From an uncultured virus (IMG/VR IMGVR_UViG_3300012933_000135) (lineage: Duplodnaviria > Heunggongvirae > Uroviricota > Caudoviricetes): a stretch of DNA of 64,000 bases. Position numbers and translations under genes: made by a program. The stretch lies in IMG/VR virus record IMGVR_UViG_3300012933_000135. One strand, given 5' to 3'. Shown piece by piece: positions 58,584-64,000 of this stretch; the first letter of the stretch is position 1; the number at the start of each line of letters is the position of its first letter. Under the pieces are notes generated by a model. The model made no database searches. It was given only the letters and a program-made list of their open reading frames with translations, and was not told the origin of the DNA.

Positions 58584-58823
58584 TTATGCGGCTGGAGCAG
58601 GTGGAGTTGCATACATTGCATGTACAAAACCTAACTCTGTTTCCTGCTCTAAAAAGTGCGCTTCAGAACTTTTTCGTAATTCGTTTATTTGTCGTAACGT
58701 TAGTCTCGTCTTTCTTGTGTCTGTTTTATACATCTGTGAAGAATCGCGACCTGCGTCATAACGCAAATCGTTTGATACATGTTTAGTATCAGGGTCAATG
58801 TAAAACAGTTCTCTAAGAATCAT
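58584..58823 (-). CDS. Small hypothetical head-cluster protein
   Basis: 79 aa (DTRKTRLTLRQINELRK). ATAAATA lies 5 nt upstream of the ATG. Confidence 0.75.
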   Translation of the reverse strand: MILRELFYIDPDTKHVSNDLRYDAGRDSSQMYKTDTRKTRLTLRQINELRKSSEAHFLEQETELGFVHAMYATPPAPAA

Positions 58824-58831
58824 AAAAGTAT

Positions 58832-60556
58832 TTATGCAGCAGGTGGAGTTGCAGGTGCTGGAGTTGCGCCTGCCATTGGTGCTAGTGTTCCTTCAGCGCC
58901 TTCCATATCTTCAGGAGCAGTTAAATCTCCTGCCATATCTAAATCACCTTCAATACCTGCTGCGCTTAGACCTGCACTACGCAATTCTCCAGCAGCATCA
59001 GTATGAGTTGGTTGACCTTTACCTGACTCTTCACCCCATAGTCGTTCGTTTTCTGCAACTTCTTCGTCTGTTAAACCTAAGAAACGTTTCAATGCAAAAC
59101 GTTTTGACATGTAAGGAACTGCTTGGATAGTATTAAATGTATTAATACGTTCACTATCAATACTTGCTTGACGTGAACTAGCAAAGTTCATTGGTGGATT
59201 AAATTTCAAATCAAACAGACTAGAATCAATATTCACGCCACGTGTGTGCATGTACATCTTAAATTCTTCGTCAAAGTTTTGACTAATCAGTGCTTGCAAT
59301 CTTTCGCAATACTTGTTAAAACGTAGTTCTTGAATGTATGCAGTACCGACACGACCGTCGTTAAATGACGCTTGTGAGTCATCTGCGCCAGTTGGCAAGT
59401 AACTACTTGGAATGCGTAAGCCACGGAATAACTTGTTAGTAAAGTACTTCAAGTCATCAATCTCGCCTAAGTTAGTACCACCAGGTAGTGTTTCAACTTT
59501 ACTTCCTCGACCTTCAGCAGTTGTTGGGAAGAAGTAGTCTTCGTTGATCGAAAGTGGGTTATATGCACTATCAATTACGTTCTGTCCTCCACCTGTCTGA
59601 CTTGGAATACGTCTTTGGTGAATCTCGTTCTTTACTCTTTCAACGAAGCCCATAGCCATGTGGCTTGGCATATTACCTACGTCAATGTGGAATACACGAC
59701 GTTCAGGCGCACGTTGGATACGATAGATTAGAATCGCATCTTCTAGTAATTCTTTTTGCTTGTATACTTTGAAAATATTTTCAAGTAAGCTGTTACCGAA
59801 TGGATAGTTATTATCTAGTCCTTCGCTCAATGACAAGTGGATAACATGCTTGGCATCGATTGCATACTCACCTTGGTTCAAACTAAATCTAGAATTAGAA
59901 CCGCCAGCAGTGCCGCCGATCTGGCCTCTATTCAAACTTCCTGATAGTGCGCCTGGATTAGATCCGCCGCTTGGGCTGCTAGTATTTTTAATAGAAGTTG
60001 TAATTTGAGTAACAACTAAGTTTTCAAAGTTAGGATTAATATCTTTGATGATGTATTGCTCTGGCTTTTTGCCTTCGCTTTCGTTTACAATAATCTTAGT
60101 TACTTTACCTGGGTCAACATATACCCATTTTTGTGTTTCTGGATCACGAATAAAGAATGCATCGCCAAATTTAAATGTGTTGCGAACAATTTTAAAAATG
60201 CGTGTTTCAAACTTTTGTAGCTTGTTCCATTGCTGCAAGTACTCACCTAAGATACGAACTTCAGCATTAGTTGCCTTGCTACGCCACTGTACTTCAAAAG
60301 GACTTTGGTTGGCTTTTAACTTTTGTGTGCAGAATTCTGCAAGAATATCTAACGCTGCATTAACTTCTGGATCACTGTCCATTGTATCGTACTGCTGATA
60401 TCTGTCTAGACGGTTTGGACTGCCAGTGTAAACATCTGGAAGATAAGAACTATAGTTAGTTCTTGCGGGACCGGGAGACGAGTTGCCATTAAATGGAACA
60501 ACTGACTTGCTTTGTTGACCAGTTGGAACTGGAGTGAAATACTTTTTCCAAGACAT
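58832..60556 (-). CDS. gp20: Portal protein
   Basis: DPEVNAALD, LLEDAILIYRIQRAPERRVFHIDVGNMP, EDYFFP..GRGSKVETLPGG.NLGEIDDLKYF and ELRF.KYCERLQ. Confidence 0.97.
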   Translation of the reverse strand: MSWKKYFTPVPTGQQSKSVVPFNGNSSPGPARTNYSSYLPDVYTGSPNRLDRYQQYDTMDSDPEVNAALDILAEFCTQKLKANQSPFEVQWRSKATNAEVRILGEYLQQWNKLQKFETRIFKIVRNTFKFGDAFFIRDPETQKWVYVDPGKVTKIIVNESEGKKPEQYIIKDINPNFENLVVTQITTSIKNTSSPSGGSNPGALSGSLNRGQIGGTAGGSNSRFSLNQGEYAIDAKHVIHLSLSEGLDNNYPFGNSLLENIFKVYKQKELLEDAILIYRIQRAPERRVFHIDVGNMPSHMAMGFVERVKNEIHQRRIPSQTGGGQNVIDSAYNPLSINEDYFFPTTAEGRGSKVETLPGGTNLGEIDDLKYFTNKLFRGLRIPSSYLPTGADDSQASFNDGRVGTAYIQELRFNKYCERLQALISQNFDEEFKMYMHTRGVNIDSSLFDLKFNPPMNFASSRQASIDSERINTFNTIQAVPYMSKRFALKRFLGLTDEEVAENERLWGEESGKGQPTHTDAAGELRSAGLSAAGIEGDLDMAGDLTAPEDMEGAEGTLAPMAGATPAPATPPAA

Positions 60557-60564
60557 TTATATTT

Positions 60565-62787
60565 TTACCTAGCGAAAAGGTTACCGTTGAGGCCTTTTGT
60601 TGCTTTAGCAGCTAACCCTGTGTTTTCAGCAGCTTCTGCCGAGTGTGCAATTAATTGACCCATCTGCATATTTAACGATTCTAAGCTCTTTACTACGTCA
60701 GATAGAGTAGCTTCGCTAACTGCTGATTGATCTTTCTTTGTTTCTTTTTTATCGTCTTTTGGAGGAGTAGCAGGCGTAGGAACAGATTTGTTTGCGTCTA
60801 CTCGTTTGCTCGCTTCTCTTGCCATGTCTGCTGCACTAGCTTTAATATTAGTAGTGTCCATAGCAGGTGCTGCGCCAATTGAACTAATTTTAGTAGCAAT
60901 GCCGCCAAACGAACTTAATAGTCCGTCAAATGCCGCTGGCATCTTCGGAGCTTCTTTATTTTTTGCACTAGACAACTCCCCGGACATATCTGGCATTTTC
61001 ATTGCTGGCATTCCACCTGACATGTCTTTCATAAATTCACCAATCTTATCCATTGGCACAACTGCTTCTTTGCCGTGTAGTTTGGTTGCAAATCCGGATC
61101 CAAAGTCTTGGCCAAACCAGTCTCCTAGTTTGTCCTTTGTACCGCTTGCAAATCCTTCGCCTGTTTTTGGTACAGCTGATTCACCACCAAGTAACTTAAC
61201 AAATCCCGGATCTGCTTGGGTAAGTGCTGCGCCTAGAGCTTTACCTACTAGATTAGATGCACCTTCTGTAGCTTGAGATAAAGGACCAGGTTGACGATCA
61301 AATCGTCTGCCTTCACTAGCCACAGGACCTTGCGGGCCTTGTAGCTTTTCAGTTTTAGTTTGATCTCCTGGAGATCCTAGAGCACCTAATCTTCCAATTG
61401 CTCCTTGCAATCCGCCTTCGATAAATTGTTCTTCTTTACCAGTTTTTGGATTTACAGTTCTAGACTTAGTTAATGCTAGACCTTTATCAATTGCATTTGC
61501 AGTCTCTGGAATCTTAACCAATGCGTTATTCAATGCATTCATTCCAGTAGCTGCGGCTGCTGTTAGATCTTTACTTCTGTTAAGTGATTGAATGTACAGT
61601 TCAGTAGTCTTTGCTCCTGCATCTTTAGCTCCAGTTTCATCTCTACCTTGTTGCTGTCCAACTGCTGCTTGTTTGTTAGCAGCCATTGCTTCACTAGTTG
61701 ATTTACCTGTCTTCTGTTCAGTTGCTGTTGTACCTGCGCGAGATTTATTTTCTTCGTACATCTTTTGCATTGCAGGGCCAACTTTGCCGCCTGCTGTCAT
61801 TACCGCAGTTAAGAACTCTTCACTCTTCATGCGTTCATTAACCGCAGCTTTAGCACGTTCTAATTGAAGTTTAGCTGCTTCTTTCTGTTCGTCTGTACGA
61901 GCTTCTTTACTTGCAGTAATAGCTTTTTGCAATTCATTACCAGCTGGTCCCAACGCTGCCATCTTAGCTGCGCCTTCTTCAGTACGAACACCGCCAGTAA
62001 ACATTTCATCAGCAAGGTCTTTAACACCCTTGCCCATACTGTTAAGTCCTTGCTGCATGTTGTTGTACTGCTGCTCAACATCCTTGCCGCCTTTCATCAT
62101 CTCAAGTTGAATAGCTGCTTGTACTTTACCATTCTCTGAACGAGATTTCATATCAGCAGTTTGTTCTTGTCTACTGATACCAGTTAATTTAGCAGTCTCA
62201 TCCATCTCGCGAGCTAATGCTGCGGTTGCTTCAATTGCTTTCTTGCGTTGAGCATCATCTGATAAGTCTGTAAATCTTCGATTGGCCATGTTAGCAGCCA
62301 TAACATCGTTTAGATCTTTAGTAGTGTAACCCATCTTTGACAGTTGTTCTGCAAAGTCGGTCTTCATAAACTCGCCGGAGAATTTATTAAAGTTCTTTGT
62401 TCCGCTGTCTACTGATCCGCCTAAGCCCGCAATACTTGGACTTAGCTTGGTCATTACATCTTTATATTCTTCCATGGACAGTCGAGTCTGTCCAATACTA
62501 TCTCGCATGCCGATAGCATTATTATTAAAACTAGCGCCAGTTCTACTTAACTGCTGAAACCCATCTACAGATGCTTCAACTTCTTTCTTAACACCAGAGA
62601 ACGCTGCTGCTGCTTGACCTACTCCTGGAAGAAGTTTAGCAATATCTCCAATACCTGCACCGCTATCCGGTTTAGCACTAGGGGTACTTGATGTATACGG
62701 GCTTGCTTTCTGACCCATGCCAGAAGACTGGAGTGCGTCTTTAAACGCTTCCGTTAATATCTTTTTATCATCATTGTCTAAGGACAT
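60565..62787 (-). CDS. Tape-measure-like / baseplate hub protein (740 aa)
   Basis: Long Ala/Gln/Lys-rich helical protein with the GFASGT...LHGKEAVVP motif seen in tape-measure C-termini. Divergent from the gp26-like gene. Confidence 0.6.
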   Translation of the reverse strand: MSLDNDDKKILTEAFKDALQSSGMGQKASPYTSSTPSAKPDSGAGIGDIAKLLPGVGQAAAAFSGVKKEVEASVDGFQQLSRTGASFNNNAIGMRDSIGQTRLSMEEYKDVMTKLSPSIAGLGGSVDSGTKNFNKFSGEFMKTDFAEQLSKMGYTTKDLNDVMAANMANRRFTDLSDDAQRKKAIEATAALAREMDETAKLTGISRQEQTADMKSRSENGKVQAAIQLEMMKGGKDVEQQYNNMQQGLNSMGKGVKDLADEMFTGGVRTEEGAAKMAALGPAGNELQKAITASKEARTDEQKEAAKLQLERAKAAVNERMKSEEFLTAVMTAGGKVGPAMQKMYEENKSRAGTTATEQKTGKSTSEAMAANKQAAVGQQQGRDETGAKDAGAKTTELYIQSLNRSKDLTAAAATGMNALNNALVKIPETANAIDKGLALTKSRTVNPKTGKEEQFIEGGLQGAIGRLGALGSPGDQTKTEKLQGPQGPVASEGRRFDRQPGPLSQATEGASNLVGKALGAALTQADPGFVKLLGGESAVPKTGEGFASGTKDKLGDWFGQDFGSGFATKLHGKEAVVPMDKIGEFMKDMSGGMPAMKMPDMSGELSSAKNKEAPKMPAAFDGLLSSFGGIATKISSIGAAPAMDTTNIKASAADMAREASKRVDANKSVPTPATPPKDDKKETKKDQSAVSEATLSDVVKSLESLNMQMGQLIAHSAEAAENTGLAAKATKGLNGNLFAR

Positions 62788-62812
62788 AAATTAAAACCCT
62801 GAAATATACGTA

Positions 62813-62837
62813 TATAAATACCTTATAGTATATTTAT
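62813..62837. promoter_or_regulatory. Crossed divergent late promoters
   Basis: TATAAATA (+) at 62813-62820 and ATAAATA (-) at 62831-62837. Confidence 0.7.
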
Positions 62838-62849
62838 CTGGAGATAACC

Positions 62850-63677
62850 ATGGCTACCAATCCATTACAAAAGTATTTTAGACAACCTAAGATCTACGTT
62901 AATTTGCCTAGCAAAGGCATTTATAGCAAGCCCGGCTCGATTGACGGAGCTACTGATCATATGCCAGTCTATCCAATGACAGGAATGGATGAGATATTGC
63001 TCAAAACTCCAGATGCCTTACTAAATGGAGAAGCAACTGTAAAAGTATTAGAAAGCTGCTGCCCTGCAATTAAAGACGGCTGGGAAGTTAGTAATTTAGA
63101 TATCGATCTGTTGCTCACTGCTATTCGTATTGCTACATTTGGCAACAGTATGGGTATCTCTCATACTTGTAAAAATTGCGAAACTGTTAGCGATTATGAT
63201 CTAGATCTAGGCAAGTTTATCGAACACTTTGATGCATGTGTATACGACAATGTTATTAAAATTGACGACTTGACTATCAAATTACAACCGTTAACCTATA
63301 GACAAATTGCAGAATATAACTTAAAGAGCTTTGCACTGCAACGTCAACTAGCACAAGGTCTTGCTACAAACACTGACGAAGAACAACAAAAATTAGTAAG
63401 CCAGTTGTTCCAACAGCTTGCAGATTTACAATCAGGTGTGTTCCTGCAAGGTATTGAAAGCGTCGATGTACCTGAAGGTGTAGTTAACAAACAAGAGTAC
63501 ATTAAAGAATGGCTTGCTAACACAGAAAAGTCCGTATTTGATGCTATTCGAGAACAGATTGAGAAGAATAGAAAAATTTGGAAACTACCTACAAACAAAG
63601 TAGTGTGTCCTGAATGCGGTACTGACGGCGAGTTCGAAGTTGAACTTGATCAATCGAATTTTTTCGTGAACGCCTAA
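62850..63677 (+). CDS. gp26: Baseplate hub assembly protein, T4 gp26-like
   Basis: LPSKG, PMTGMDEILL, DLLLTAIRIATFG, two CxxC pairs and C-terminal SNFF. Confidence 0.8.
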   Translation: MATNPLQKYFRQPKIYVNLPSKGIYSKPGSIDGATDHMPVYPMTGMDEILLKTPDALLNGEATVKVLESCCPAIKDGWEVSNLDIDLLLTAIRIATFGNSMGISHTCKNCETVSDYDLDLGKFIEHFDACVYDNVIKIDDLTIKLQPLTYRQIAEYNLKSFALQRQLAQGLATNTDEEQQKLVSQLFQQLADLQSGVFLQGIESVDVPEGVVNKQEYIKEWLANTEKSVFDAIREQIEKNRKIWKLPTNKVVCPECGTDGEFEVELDQSNFFVNA

Positions 63678-63898
63678 TCAGTTTATCTAATCAGCAGATT
63701 GAAGAATTGCTGGTTAGGCTAGAAAACGAGTTGAAGAATTTTAAAGAAAACTTGTTTAGAATGAGTTGGTACATGCGCGGCGGTGTCACTGTAGACCAAC
63801 TCTTACATCAATATAGTCACGAAGATCGTCAAATGATCAACACTATCATTGATGAAAATATAGAAGCAACTAAGAATACTCAGATGCCTCTGCTTTGA
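63665..63898 (+). CDS. gp51-like ORF, probably expressed as a -1 frameshift extension of gp26
   Basis: The -1 frame is open from 63650. Its TTG start at 63707 lacks a clear RBS. Sequence SWYMRGGVT...DRQMI..II.EN. Confidence 0.65.
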   Translation, partial: RERLISLSNQQIEELLVRLENELKNFKENLFRMSWYMRGGVTVDQLLHQYSHEDRQMINTIIDENIEATKNTQMPLL

Positions 63899-64000
63899 TT
63901 ATCTACTAAGGCCAGCGCCTTTCATTAGATCGTCAAACTCGTTGTTACCTGTAGTAGGTTGTCCACTTTGTTTAACATTTCCTGCTGCCGGAGCAGTTGA
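63899..64000 (-). CDS. 3' end of a hypothetical protein entering from the right edge
   Basis: Own translation ...STAPAAGNVKQSGQPTTGNNEFDDLMKGAGLSR*, with the stop abutting the gp51-like stop. Confidence 0.55.
   Translation of the reverse strand, partial: STAPAAGNVKQSGQPTTGNNEFDDLMKGAGLSR

Noticed and set aside
1..64000. Stop-codon reassignment as seen in some jumbo phages; tRNA or rRNA genes
   Set aside because: Core and multi-kb genes are intact in the standard code with dense packing. No cloverleaf or rRNA-like segment was seen in the short intergenic spaces.

Overview
A 64-kb segment of a large T4-like myovirus (probably a jumbo phage), covering almost the whole virion morphogenesis region. 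It reads in the standard genetic code and has one 792-N assembly gap (52323-53114). Core modules are recognisable from motifs. Head: portal gp20, acidic core protein, protease gp21, scaffold gp22, capsid gp23, gp4 and a gp16-like protein. Neck: gp13, gp14, gp15. Tail: sheath gp18, tube gp19 plus a paralogue, a tape-measure-like protein and a gp26/gp51-like pair. Also present are a dNMP kinase, a Nudix hydrolase and an HNH-like gene. About 42 kb encodes giant modular fibre/appendage proteins and their accessory genes. Main findings: (1) eight phycobiliprotein-like helical domains in two giant fibre proteins, seven keeping the bilin-binding Cys-x-Arg-Asp motif; (2) three Cys-rich, glycine-rich adhesin-like paralogues and two chaperone paralogues, convergent with a GT9-like/SGNH/carbamoyltransferase operon, a possible fibre-tip modification system; (3) a T_TTT_TTC -1 frameshift site that would fuse the gp26-like and gp51-like ORFs, as in lambda gpG/gpGT; (4) two structured late 5' leaders; (5) (A)TAAATA late promoters built on stop codons, several apparently driving leaderless mRNAs; (6) nested domain insertions. 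All family assignments come from motif reading, with no database searches.
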